Under the pieces are notes generated by a model that was given only the letters and a program-made list of their open reading frames with translations, did not search any database and was not told the origin of the DNA. From the NCBI GenBank assembly GCA_025839675.1, contig CP104013.1, forward strand, positions 3,041,121 to 3,105,120: 64,000 nucleotides of DNA, in the 5' to 3' direction. Of the stretch, positions 30,142 through 39,819 are shown piece after piece. The translations under genes were made by a program, and so were the position numbers. How positions within the stretch are numbered: the stretch's first letter is position 1; every line of letters starts with the position of its first letter. Source of the DNA: Candidatus Lokiarchaeum ossiferum. GTDB taxonomy: Archaea > Asgardarchaeota > Lokiarchaeia > Sigyniarchaeales > Promethearchaeaceae.

Positions 30142-30990
30142 TTAAAGACCATCCATCTTTCCCCCATTAATCGGAATAATGGCTCCATTCATGAAATATC
30201 CTCCTTCACTGCAAAGAAAACATACAGGATCACTCACATAAGATGTTTTTCCAATTCCAAACGGAATTCTACCCTCATAATAACTTCGGAATTTACCATC
30301 ATCCTTCTTTAAGAGGTTTCCAATAATTGGAGTTTCAATCAAAGTTGGTTTTAGTGCATGGGTTCGAATATTATATCTCGCGAGTTCTTTTGCCATGGTA
30401 AGCGTCATCCCTATAACCCCTGCTTTGGAAGCAGAATATGCTAATTGCCCTGCATTTCCTTCAGCAGCTAAGGAAGCCACGTGAATGACTACACGTGGTT
30501 TATTATCTAGAGTTGGAAGGTATTTTTCTCCTTTTTCTTTCGCCTTGGCACGGGAAAGATTCACCCATTTTGTAACCACTGCTTGAGAGCAAATCGCAGC
30601 CCCTTTCAAATTCACTTCCATGGTTAGATCCCATTTTGCTTCATCAAAACGACTGACTAGGAAATCACGTAAAATTCCAGCACAATTAACCAAAAAATCG
30701 ATATCTCCTATTTTATTGAAAATTGCATCAACCGAGGCATCAACAAAGACTTTATCAGATACAGAACCGTGGAAGAATAAGATTTCTTTGTTAGTAATTG
30801 CTTTTAATTTTTCAACCGCTTCATTTCCCATTTCTTGGTTTAAATCAATAATGGCGACATTAGCACCATTTTCAGCCATATCGGTGGCGATTTTCAGTCC
30901 TATTCCTGAGGCTCCACCAGTAATTAATATAGTTTTTCCTTCAAAATTCCATTTCATCGAATTTACCTTACCTGTCAAGGATTTAATCAA
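30142..30990 (-). CDS. SDR-family oxidoreductase (3-oxoacyl/3-hydroxyacyl reductase-like)
   Basis: TGGASGIGL cofactor motif, NCAG, catalytic YSASK. Confidence 0.8.
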   Translation of the reverse strand: MIKSLTGKVNSMKWNFEGKTILITGGASGIGLKIATDMAENGANVAIIDLNQEMGNEAVEKLKAITNKEILFFHGSVSDKVFVDASVDAIFNKIGDIDFLVNCAGILRDFLVSRFDEAKWDLTMEVNLKGAAICSQAVVTKWVNLSRAKAKEKGEKYLPTLDNKPRVVIHVASLAAEGNAGQLAYSASKAGVIGMTLTMAKELARYNIRTHALKPTLIETPIIGNLLKKDDGKFRSYYEGRIPFGIGKTSYVSDPVCFLCSEGGYFMNGAIIPINGGKMDGL

Positions 30991-31177
30991 AAATTTCTTT
31001 TGTGGTAGCTATGCGAAAGGTATCGCACCACTTTTTTTCATTTTTGATAAAAAGTACTTATAATTTAGCGATTTTTGATTAAAAAGTTTCATTTCTTTTG
31101 GAAATTATTAAAATTATTAAGCGATTTTTGGATTATATCACTATTTTCTTAAATACGTACTCTGCATATTTTCTAGT

Positions 31178-32833
31178 TTATATCATCGATGTTTGTTTCT
31201 TTTGACCATAGGGATTAATATCACCCATGGGAACAAAAATTTTTGAATCAGTCGGCAAAATCACCGTTTTTTCGACATTTTGAAAAGATTTAACTTGTTG
31301 TAATCGCAGATATTCTTCTGTTGTAGAACTTTCAAGTAATAAGAGAGTATTTTTCAAATGTAGTTCCTCTCCTTGATTAACTATAGATTCTCGCATTTGA
31401 ATGGATTCCATTTCCCCTCGTGTTCGCTCTATTGAGGCTTCAGCTTCAATTTTAGCATTTCCGATCTCTTTAAATTTAAAATTTGCCAGTTCCTTCTCAT
31501 ATAATGCTTGTTTTGTATCTTCTATTTCGATTCGTCCTTCCACCAATTGCCGTTCCGCTTCTAATTGAGCAGTTTGTTGAATTTTATTCACATATACATC
31601 CATATTGGATTTAATGGCGGCATTGAGTTGATTCGCAATTTCAGCATCTTGAGGTAGGATTTTCTTAATATCAAGCCCGAAGATCTCGAAATAATTTTCA
31701 TCAAAACGAAAATAGGTAAGATCATGCTTGAAAAGAACAGGTTCGATTAATTCAGCAGCTTTAGAATGAAATTCTTCAAAATTGTGTTGGGCAGCTTCTT
31801 GTCGGATGATGCTAGCCATGGTTTCGGTCGCATATCCGATAAAATCTTCCACCGCAAAAATTTTTTTCAAGTTTTTGGGATCTATATTGAACCGGGTTTT
31901 ATATCTAAGATGAATCAATAACTCCGCATTATCTTTGGTTCTCACACATAGCTGATCAGAAACGAACATTGGACCCAAAAAAATCTTCCATTTAGTCAAG
32001 ATATTTGGCATCTTGGGGGTTTTACCACTAATAATCAATGTTTTAAGCCGATCAAAGGGTTCTAACAAGAGCATTTTTGGTCCTATTTCTACTCGTTGTG
32101 TTTCACCAGAATTGATCATGGCAATTTCTTCCGTTTCTAATTTCAAAGGTATAGCCCGGGATGCATCAATTTGAACTCCAAGGATCTTTAAGGCTCTTTG
32201 TTCCGCGATTGAATAGTGCTTATAATAGAGTTCTTCAAAGGGAGTCAACATCAGAGTTTGAGGTCCCTTCTCTAAACGAACTTGCCCTGTATTAAAATTC
32301 TTTATATATAGGCCATCTTGTGCACCTAAACTAATTGCCTCTATTTCCTTCTCAATTTTGGTGTATATATGCGGATAATATATCATGGGTCCTTTTCTCA
32401 TCCAGATATCCCCCGCTTTGTGCATTATTTCATCTTCCCGATAATCTTGTATACATCTGATAATAAGTCCTCTATCATGGGCCAGAACATAATTATTGTA
32501 AATTTTTCCGTCTTCCAGTATTTCTCCAGGATATAATGAAAATATACATGGCCCTTGCCGAATCTCGCGCACACCATGTTTAATAATTCGCTTCTTTGAG
32601 TCATGAGGATTGATTATAGTAGCATATTGCCCTTCTTTTATTATTATTTTTTCTCGAATAGTTCCATATAGTTTTTTCCACCACAGATATTTTATTCTTC
32701 GGTACGGTCCTTCAATAAGGTTGACTTGACCGGTAAATTTGTTGATAACATGGCAATATTCCAATTCTGTGAGAATTAATGTCGATATTTTGTGCGTTTT
32801 TGCTGGGGAGGAAAGTTTTTTCATTGTACACAC
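31178..32833 (-). CDS. major vault protein (MVP) homolog, truncated form
   Basis: About 55-aa repeats. [54 protein letters not shown] matches the human MVP repeat [91 protein letters not shown] matches the MVP shoulder [38 protein letters not shown] (human sequence recalled from memory). C-terminal coiled coil. Confidence 0.6.
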   Translation of the reverse strand: [551 protein letters not shown]

Positions 32834-32949
32834 TTAAAAATAACTCAAGTATTTAATTTACCAATGTCACATAAATAATGTGACTATTGTGAATAATGAA
32901 AACTTTTTTTTCAAAGTAAAAATTGCATTTAGTATAGAGAATTAAGACA

Positions 32950-33681
32950 ATGATATATCAAGAACGAGTCCATGTTATTCCTGTTGGTGATGATGATGTT
33001 GATAGAATCGTAATTCCTGCCATTCAAGGGAAGGCTGATAAGGTGTACTTGGTCACTATGGACGATAAAGATTTGTTCCAAACTATCGTTCAAGAAGCGG
33101 AATCTCGTCTCAGAGATTTAAGGATTGAGGTAATCGTCAAACGTTGCAATTTGGAAAGCTTTAGTGATTTTATTTTAGAAATTGCCCGCATCATTAAGTC
33201 TGAGATAGACAAGAAAAACATACTAAACTATAGTATATCTACCGGAGGGAATCTTGCCGCAGCTGCTGGAATGTTAGCTTGTCTTCTATTTCAAATTCGG
33301 CCGTATTTTATTAAAAAAGATTTTTCTATTGGGAAAATATCTAAAGAGCAGTTGAATATTCCATTATACCATATGGATGTGCCTGGAAAACCCCTTATAT
33401 TATTTCTAAATGATATGAAAACTGAAATGGATAACCATGGTACCACCTCAATTTCCAAGAAGGATTGCTTGGAGCTCATGAAAAGACGTCACCCAGATGA
33501 AATTTTCTCATCTACTTCTGGTGAATATAATAAACTCAAGTTCCGCTATTTGGACAAACTTCTTGGTAATCATTTCATTGATATTGAAAGTAAAGTTCGC
33601 GGAAGAATCTCAATTACCTCTGAAGGACTGTTTGCTTGGGATTTCTTCACTATTTATTACAACGTTTCATCAAGAAATTAG
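32950..33681 (+). CDS. putative transcriptional regulator (HFX_2341/CARF-like Rossmann domain + C-terminal wHTH-like region)
   Basis: The N-terminus VHVIPVGDDDVDRIVIPAI resembles the VHIVPVGFEYDRV opening of archaeal HFX_2341-type/CARF-like regulators (memory-based). Divergent from the MVP gene. Confidence 0.35.
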   Translation: MIYQERVHVIPVGDDDVDRIVIPAIQGKADKVYLVTMDDKDLFQTIVQEAESRLRDLRIEVIVKRCNLESFSDFILEIARIIKSEIDKKNILNYSISTGGNLAAAAGMLACLLFQIRPYFIKKDFSIGKISKEQLNIPLYHMDVPGKPLILFLNDMKTEMDNHGTTSISKKDCLELMKRRHPDEIFSSTSGEYNKLKFRYLDKLLGNHFIDIESKVRGRISITSEGLFAWDFFTIYYNVSSRN

Positions 33682-33855
33682 GATCCCCATCATCTATTCA
33701 ATGGAGCTGAAATTCAAAAAAAAAGATGTTTTTCCAAATAAGACTGTCTGAATTACGAATTTCTTTTAACAATCTTAAATTAATAGCATGTTCTTCGACC
33801 TATTTACAAAGATTATATTTGGAGGGAGTGGTTTAACACAATTGGAGATATTTTT

Positions 33856-34293
33856 ATGAAATCAATAATCCGAATGCGAATGTCCATGCATGATGCCCAT
33901 TATGGTGGGAATTTAGTTGATGGCGCGAAAATGCTTAATCTTTTTGGTGATGTTGCCACAGAGTTGCTAATTCGAAATGATGGTGATGAAGGTCTTTTCC
34001 GAGCTTATGACAATGTTGAGTTCTTAGCCCCCGTTTATGCAGGCGATTACATTGAAGCCACGGGTGAAATTATTGGAATCGGCAATAGTTCCCGGAAGAT
34101 GCAGTTCGAAGCTCGCAAAGTAATTATTCCTCGACCGGATTTAAATGATAGTGCTTGTGATGTGCTCACAGAACCTATTGTTGTTTGTCGTGCCAGTGGA
34201 ACTTGTGTTGTACCGAAAAACAAGCAGCGAAATTTGATTCCAATATCCCAATCTACAGTACCAACTTCCCCTAGTGGTTTAGCATTTAAATAG
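33856..34293 (+). CDS. kal: 3-aminobutyryl-CoA ammonia-lyase (hot-dog fold)
   Basis: [62 protein letters not shown] closely matches bacterial Kal as recalled. 145 aa. Confidence 0.75.
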   Translation: MKSIIRMRMSMHDAHYGGNLVDGAKMLNLFGDVATELLIRNDGDEGLFRAYDNVEFLAPVYAGDYIEATGEIIGIGNSSRKMQFEARKVIIPRPDLNDSACDVLTEPIVVCRASGTCVVPKNKQRNLIPISQSTVPTSPSGLAFK

Positions 34294-37200
34294 CTTCGAT
34301 ACTCGATGATGGAGGGTTTCTTCATTCAATTGTTTTTTTTCTTGTAATTCACCACAAATCTTCTTAAAATCTAACCAAATAACTGTAGTTAGTTTGCTCC
34401 TAATTTTTGGATATAAATTCTCAATCACCTCATACATACATATTTGTTCCGCCATGGAATAAGTCTGGTATCTTTTTTTTGGTAGAAATAGAGGTATTTC
34501 TAGATAATCTTGATTATTTTTCGCTAGAAAGAATGGTTGTTTTCGAGAAATATTTAGAAGTTTACTAATGTCCTTTTCATAATAAATATCATATGGGATA
34601 ATGGGAGTGATATAAAAGTCGAGATGATAAGATTCTAAGATTGAATAGAGTTTATCATATAAAATTTGTACATTTTCACGCAAATGCAAAAAAATAACCA
34701 ATTTTTGAGCGTCATTCTGGGAATTTTTAGTATAAAGTATTTGTCCAGTGGGTAGTTGTTCTACCAAGGCTCGAATTTCTTTTTCTCTTGTTTGAGAATC
34801 CTCAATGATTAGGCACATAGTGAATGGATAGCCGATTATTTGCCAGAATTCCCATTTAAAAAACCGAGGTTGATACAAGATATTATTGTTGAAAAGGAGT
34901 TGAACTTCAGTTTCAGAAAGATCTTGATTAGTTTGATATTTTTTGAGCATCGCTTTGAGATCCTCAGATAAAGTGTGAAAACTATAGTCATAGTGAATCT
35001 CATGTGGATTGACAAAAAACTCAGCATCTTTTTTCTTCACTTTTTTTAATAGTAAATAATTCTGATACCGCCAATCCAGAGGATAGAGAGCATGTTCATT
35101 AAAAAAACGTCTTTCTTCAGTTAATTCATGAGAGTGTAAGCTAATTTGAAATTTTAATTTAATATTTTTAATCAATCGTTGAAAATTTGAGTTTTGATCA
35201 TAATATATTTGTTCTGGAAGGTAATATTCTAAAATTAAAAACCCATTCTCATTCCCACCAAAATAATAGCAATTTTCAAGACCAAGCATTAATAAACCCT
35301 TCAGTAATTCATCTTTCTGAAAAATAAGTGGATTGATTCCTCTATTAGGTGGTTTGATGAAGATAAATATTCTCTTCATTTTTGAGATTGGTGGATAAAT
35401 TTTAAGATCTGAAAAGTAATATTGTGTAATCTCATTTAGATCATTTGAAAATTTTCCAACAATGGAGGAGTATATGTTATTATTTAAAACACAGCGATTT
35501 AGGAATATTTTTTTAAAAATCGATTGGATCTTTGTACGATTTAAACCTAAGGTCTTGGAAAAACTATTCAATTGATTAAAATAGTTTAAATTTTTGAATA
35601 AATAATTATAGTTAAATTTACTTTTAATAGAGCACTTTTGATTAAAATTTGTATTCAAATGCAGATTTTTGCTTGGTATTATTCGAGTGACTCGTTTTTT
35701 TGCTTCGTTAATTAAAAAATCAAGATTAAAACTTTCTAAATTCCATTCTTGTTTATTGTAATTAAAAAAGGTAATCATGGAAGGATCGAATGCTTTTGAG
35801 AAGTTTCTGTAAAGAATTGACAAAGAATCAATGTTTTCTAACAAAAGTAACTTAGATATGATTAAAAAGGAAGATATGTTTGCAAATATACCTTTATGAT
35901 GCATTATTTTTCTATATGGTAGAACTTGTTGAAATTTTATTGACACAAATAGGAGAAATACCTCATCGATCCAATCCAATTTATATTTGCTTAAAATAAA
36001 AAATTTTATCACCTCCTTGTGTGAATTAAAAAATGAATTAATGGCCATTATCTTCGAATTTCTTAATAAATCATTGTATATTAGAGAGATAAACTTGTTT
36101 TCAATGATTTGGAAAGAATGATTTTTGACTTGAGAAAAATTTCTTTTAATATCAGCTAAAGTTGGGAATAAGTCAATCTCTAAATCTAATTTTTCAATTG
36201 ATTCTGTACTCGTAAATCCGAAAAATTCTATCAATTTGAGAAGCTTAATTTCATTCTTATTTTCATAGCTTTGATTTTTATAATATTTGAAAATTTCATT
36301 CAATGAGGAAAACCGTTGAAAAACCTTATCTTGATTAAGATGGATGAAAGTTTTTTTCAATTGACTAAAATTTGGATAATTTTTAATTAAAACAGGAAAC
36401 TCACTCGTTTTAATGGTTAGTTTGATGAATTTCAAAAATTCTCTCATTGTTTTAAATTCTTGAAGTTTTGAAAGGAGCATACGTGAATTGAAGAATAGAA
36501 ATAAATCTAAAGAATCAATTTCGATCTTGTCGGATAATTTACTGCCATTTGCATAAAAAAGTTCTGAATTATGTGAAATTTTCTGGTTAAATGAATTTTT
36601 TCTTTTTTCATTGATTTTGGAAAAATATTTTTTAGAATTAAAGGGAAAGATCGAAAGAATGTTTGTTTCACTTGAAATTTTTGAATTATAATTAATATTA
36701 TAGTTCGCTTTTTTAATTTCTAATAAGTTATAACTAATTATGTATCCACTTTCCTTTAATGAATTAAGAAATTTCGCTAAAAAATTAAGAGAATTTCGAG
36801 GAAGGATGGAATAAAGGAATAAATCATATCCTTCCTTCCTAATAATATTAACGTATGGTATTTTATGGATAATTTTTTTTATAAATTTATTCTGATCGAT
36901 TCCATTAGCAAGAATTATGTTGACGTAGTAAATACCAAGATTGAGATTATTATATTGATTAACAACAAAATAATTTAAAATCATACTTCCAGTGTAAATT
37001 TCAGAATTGGAGCCTTTCCTATTTAGAAGAAGATCCCTATTCGATTTATGGAGATTTTTCTTAATAAAGCCTAAATTGATATTTTTTCCGATATAATTTC
37101 CATAGGTATAAAATAACCCTTGAATAAAATCATGGGTACTGATATTCTCTGATAAAAATGGAATAAAAGTCTTAAAAACAATTTCTAGAGATATATTTTG

Positions 37201-37599
37201 AAGAAAATTCTCGATAAATGAGAGATAAACCATCGAATTATTTATGATCCCTGAAAAATGATCCAAAATCTCTTGATAAATTGGCTTTAATTCAAATAAT
37301 TCATTGTTTTTAAAATGGAGAAGAAATATAAAAGAAATGATATTTCTGTTGTCTAAATATCTTTCATCCATGAAACTGATAATAGAAGCAAATTCTACCA
37401 ATTGAATATAATTGTCCTTGTAATTCGAATGAAGATGGATAGATTCACTCAATAATAACCCAAAGTTTTTTTGAAAATTAGAAATTTCATTAGGATCACT
37501 ATGAAATAAAATATTTTTAAAAATGAAATTAGGAATTCTTTCGAATAGAAGCTCATATTTTGAGATATATTGAAGATATTTTTCGTATAAAATTCCCAT
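34279..37599 (-). CDS. large (1106 aa) low-complexity N/K/I/F-rich hypothetical protein
   Basis: A 3.3-kb stop-free frame in AT-rich DNA is unlikely by chance. No recognisable domain. Its 3' end overlaps kal convergently by 15 nt. Confidence 0.5.
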   Translation of the reverse strand: MGILYEKYLQYISKYELLFERIPNFIFKNILFHSDPNEISNFQKNFGLLLSESIHLHSNYKDNYIQLVEFASIISFMDERYLDNRNIISFIFLLHFKNNELFELKPIYQEILDHFSGIINNSMVYLSFIENFLQNISLEIVFKTFIPFLSENISTHDFIQGLFYTYGNYIGKNINLGFIKKNLHKSNRDLLLNRKGSNSEIYTGSMILNYFVVNQYNNLNLGIYYVNIILANGIDQNKFIKKIIHKIPYVNIIRKEGYDLFLYSILPRNSLNFLAKFLNSLKESGYIISYNLLEIKKANYNINYNSKISSETNILSIFPFNSKKYFSKINEKRKNSFNQKISHNSELFYANGSKLSDKIEIDSLDLFLFFNSRMLLSKLQEFKTMREFLKFIKLTIKTSEFPVLIKNYPNFSQLKKTFIHLNQDKVFQRFSSLNEIFKYYKNQSYENKNEIKLLKLIEFFGFTSTESIEKLDLEIDLFPTLADIKRNFSQVKNHSFQIIENKFISLIYNDLLRNSKIMAINSFFNSHKEVIKFFILSKYKLDWIDEVFLLFVSIKFQQVLPYRKIMHHKGIFANISSFLIISKLLLLENIDSLSILYRNFSKAFDPSMITFFNYNKQEWNLESFNLDFLINEAKKRVTRIIPSKNLHLNTNFNQKCSIKSKFNYNYLFKNLNYFNQLNSFSKTLGLNRTKIQSIFKKIFLNRCVLNNNIYSSIVGKFSNDLNEITQYYFSDLKIYPPISKMKRIFIFIKPPNRGINPLIFQKDELLKGLLMLGLENCYYFGGNENGFLILEYYLPEQIYYDQNSNFQRLIKNIKLKFQISLHSHELTEERRFFNEHALYPLDWRYQNYLLLKKVKKKDAEFFVNPHEIHYDYSFHTLSEDLKAMLKKYQTNQDLSETEVQLLFNNNILYQPRFFKWEFWQIIGYPFTMCLIIEDSQTREKEIRALVEQLPTGQILYTKNSQNDAQKLVIFLHLRENVQILYDKLYSILESYHLDFYITPIIPYDIYYEKDISKLLNISRKQPFFLAKNNQDYLEIPLFLPKKRYQTYSMAEQICMYEVIENLYPKIRSKLTTVIWLDFKKICGELQEKKQLNEETLHHRVSKLFKC

Positions 37600-37757
37600 T
37601 GACTGTTAATTACTGATTCATCTGGAAAGAAAAATCTTTCTATGAAAAATATATGATTTTAAAAATATTGACTTAATTAATTAATGAGAAAAATGTATGA
37701 AAAAACCCTTATTACGATTAATTTTTTGCAGTTTTCCATTCGTGAGGTGAATGATAA

Positions 37758-37793
37758 ATGAATGTTCCAAACGATGTACAACTCCCACAATAA
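37758..37793 (+). CDS. micro-ORF MNVPNDVQLPQ (11 codons) behind strong SD GAGGTGA
   Basis: SD at 37744-37750, 7-nt spacer, then ATG. A paralogous copy lies 380 bp downstream. Too short for the ORF track. Confidence 0.15.
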   Translation: MNVPNDVQLPQ

Positions 37794-37797
37794 AAAA

Positions 37798-37864
37798 AAT
37801 GTCCTTTAAAAACCAATTAGATCAAAAAATCTAAGAATGTCCTTTAAAAACCAAGTAGATCAAA
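37798..37864 (+). repeat. 38-bp tandem direct repeat (2 copies, 28/29 identical)
   Basis: AATGTCCTTTAAAAACCAATTAGATCAAA at 37798-37826 and AATGTCCTTTAAAAACCAAGTAGATCAAA at 37836-37864. Confidence 0.5.
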
Positions 37865-38137
37865 TCTACTTTTTTTAAAGTTCATTTGGTTAAACTTGTT
37901 GAATAATGAAGGGGTATTGAAATCAATTTTAATATACGTATTCATATTTATAGAGATTTTGAAGATATTTTTCGTATAAAATTCACGTTGACTGTTAATT
38001 ACTGAATCGTTAAATTAAAAAAGTGTTTCGAAATATTTTGAGTTTATATACTCAAATCTAAAAAATATCTGAGAAAAATGCATAATCCTAATTGTCCGGA
38101 AAATAATCCTGTTTTCTAACTTTGAGGTGACATGTTA

Positions 38138-38170
38138 AATGAAAATACCGAATGATGTATTTACTCCTTA
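38138..38170 (+). CDS. micro-ORF MKIPNDVFTP (10 codons) behind strong SD GAGGTGA
   Basis: SD at 38124-38130, then ATG at 38138. Paralog of the 37758 micro-ORF with synonymous changes at Pro and Asn codons. Confidence 0.15.
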
Positions 38171-38463
38171 AAAAATTAACTAATTGATTTCCCATGCAAT
38201 TTTGATGGAATAGATTTGATTAAATTGCTTGAAACTCAAATAGAATGAATTCTTTTCTTTTCAATATATCTTTATTTCAAATTCAATATTCATTTATCGT
38301 CTTAAAATCAATTTTTTTCAATTATATGAAATGAATCATTTCTGTTCCCCCTTTTTTTTTACTAAATTACCTATCTTTTCTCTTTAGCTAAAAATTAGAT
38401 CACATTTTTAATCGAATACAATATAAACAAAATTATTGCATTTTTACTCATGAGGTGATACCA

Positions 38464-39708
38464 ATGGTAGAAAAATTAAAACTTGAAAAATCCGAACAAT
38501 ATTACAAAGAAGCTCTTGAAGTAATTCCAGGTGCCATTTTGGGAATACGTAGACCCTATAATTTTGTTGTAGGTGAATATCCTATCTTTTTTGAAAGCGC
38601 TGATGGTGGAAAAGTGAAAGATGTTGATGGAAATGAATATATCGATATGCTTTGTGCATATGGACCTATTATCATAGGGCATAAGGAAAAAGAGATTGAT
38701 GATGCAGTTATTGCTCAGATACAGAATAAAGGATTCTGTTTCTCCCTTACCCAAGAAATCCAAAATAAACTGGCAAAAAAACTTACCGAATTGATCCCAT
38801 CATGTGAAAAAAGTGTGTTTGTGAAAACAGGATCAGACGCAACCACAACGGCAGTTAGAGTCGCACGAGGATATACAGATCGAACAAAAATTTTGCGCTG
38901 TGGCTATCATGGATGGCATGATTGGTGTGTAGAAGTAAAGGGTGGAGTTCTCCCAAAGACTTATGAGGATGTAATCGAATTTGAATATAACAATTTAGAG
39001 CAGGTAAAAGAATTATTTGAAAAGTATGGACCTGAAATAGCTGGAGTTATCATTACTCCAGTAGGACACCCTCTTGCACATGAAGTAGAGATGCCAAAAC
39101 AGGGATTTTTGGAAGGTATTCGAGAGATTACAGAAAAAAATGGAACTGTACTCATTTTTGATGAGATTCGGAGCGGATTTCGAGTGAATTTGGGCGGAGC
39201 CCAAAAAGAATTTGGAGTTACACCCGATATGTCCGTCTTTGGGAAAGCGATTGCCAATGGCTATCCTATTGGTGTGGTGGTAGGTAAAAGCGAATTTATG
39301 GATGTATTAGCAGACAAAGTGTTTTTAAGTTCCACATTCTTCCCAAACAGTTTGGCTCAAGTCGCTGCGCTGAAAACCATTGAAATTATGGAACGAGATA
39401 AGATTTTGGATGTGATCAGAGAAAAAGGGACAAAATTCGGAGCTATGATTGAAAAAATCATCAAAGAAAGCGGAATTGCGTGTACTTTTTCCGGTGCTCC
39501 TTGGATGCCCTTTATCACCTTTGATCATGATCCTAACAAGTTATATAAGAAATTGCGGAATGAATTCTATACCCGTTTAATCCGTCGAGGTGTTTTCCTC
39601 CAACCATATCATCATGGTTACATTGCTTACCGTCATTCCGAGGAGGATTTAGAATATGTGGCAAAAGTTATCAAAGAATCTCTAGAAGAATTAAAACAAT
39701 TTCTATAA
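38464..39708 (+). CDS. class-III aminotransferase of the glutamate-1-semialdehyde 2,1-aminomutase (HemL) family; candidate acyl-CoA beta-transaminase (Kat-like) or hemL
   Basis: VIPGAILG...DVDGNEYID...TGSDATTTAVRVARGYT...GYHGWHD...IFDEIRSGFRV...FGKAIANGYPIG (PLP-Lys in FGK) is colinear with HemL. The ATG at 38464 lies 6 nt after SD GAGGTGA; the track's 38455 is a GTG. Confidence 0.75.
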   Translation: MVEKLKLEKSEQYYKEALEVIPGAILGIRRPYNFVVGEYPIFFESADGGKVKDVDGNEYIDMLCAYGPIIIGHKEKEIDDAVIAQIQNKGFCFSLTQEIQNKLAKKLTELIPSCEKSVFVKTGSDATTTAVRVARGYTDRTKILRCGYHGWHDWCVEVKGGVLPKTYEDVIEFEYNNLEQVKELFEKYGPEIAGVIITPVGHPLAHEVEMPKQGFLEGIREITEKNGTVLIFDEIRSGFRVNLGGAQKEFGVTPDMSVFGKAIANGYPIGVVVGKSEFMDVLADKVFLSSTFFPNSLAQVAALKTIEIMERDKILDVIREKGTKFGAMIEKIIKESGIACTFSGAPWMPFITFDHDPNKLYKKLRNEFYTRLIRRGVFLQPYHHGYIAYRHSEEDLEYVAKVIKESLEELKQFL

Positions 39709-39819
39709 TTTGTGTTGAGTTTCCAGTTTTTTACAATTTTTTTTAATAACAAAAACCAGTTCAAATCCTTTTCTAAGAAAGAAATATGTGTTTAATAAAA
39801 AGTCCATATTAGTAATCAT

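Larger units (their letters stand above)
37570..38175. repeat. degenerate tandem duplication (2 units of about 380-389 bp) of the promoter/start region of the 1106-aa gene plus an SD-led micro-ORF
   Basis: 37570-37620 (covering the ATG of the large gene) is nearly identical to 37959-38010, where the ATG GGA has become ACG TGA. The micro-ORF with GAGGTGA SD at 37744-37793 corresponds to 38124-38170. The unit middles are about 60-70% similar. Confidence 0.5.

Noticed and set aside
34279-37599. Treating the 1106-aa low-complexity ORF as non-coding or a pseudogene
   Set aside because: An uninterrupted 3321-nt frame is extremely unlikely by chance at this AT content. It also has a canonical ATG with a conserved, duplicated upstream region.
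37744-38460. Interpreting the three GAGGTGA motifs as a transcription-factor site or riboswitch
   Set aside because: The motif is exactly the anti-16S Shine-Dalgarno consensus, and each occurrence sits 6-8 nt before an ATG, so a ribosome-binding site is the simpler reading. No conserved riboswitch-like core could be recognised by eye.
38455-38463. GTG start at 38455 for the aminotransferase (ORF track)
   Set aside because: The ATG at 38464 is preceded at ideal spacing by the extended SD GAGGTGA, whereas the GTG lies inside the SD itself.
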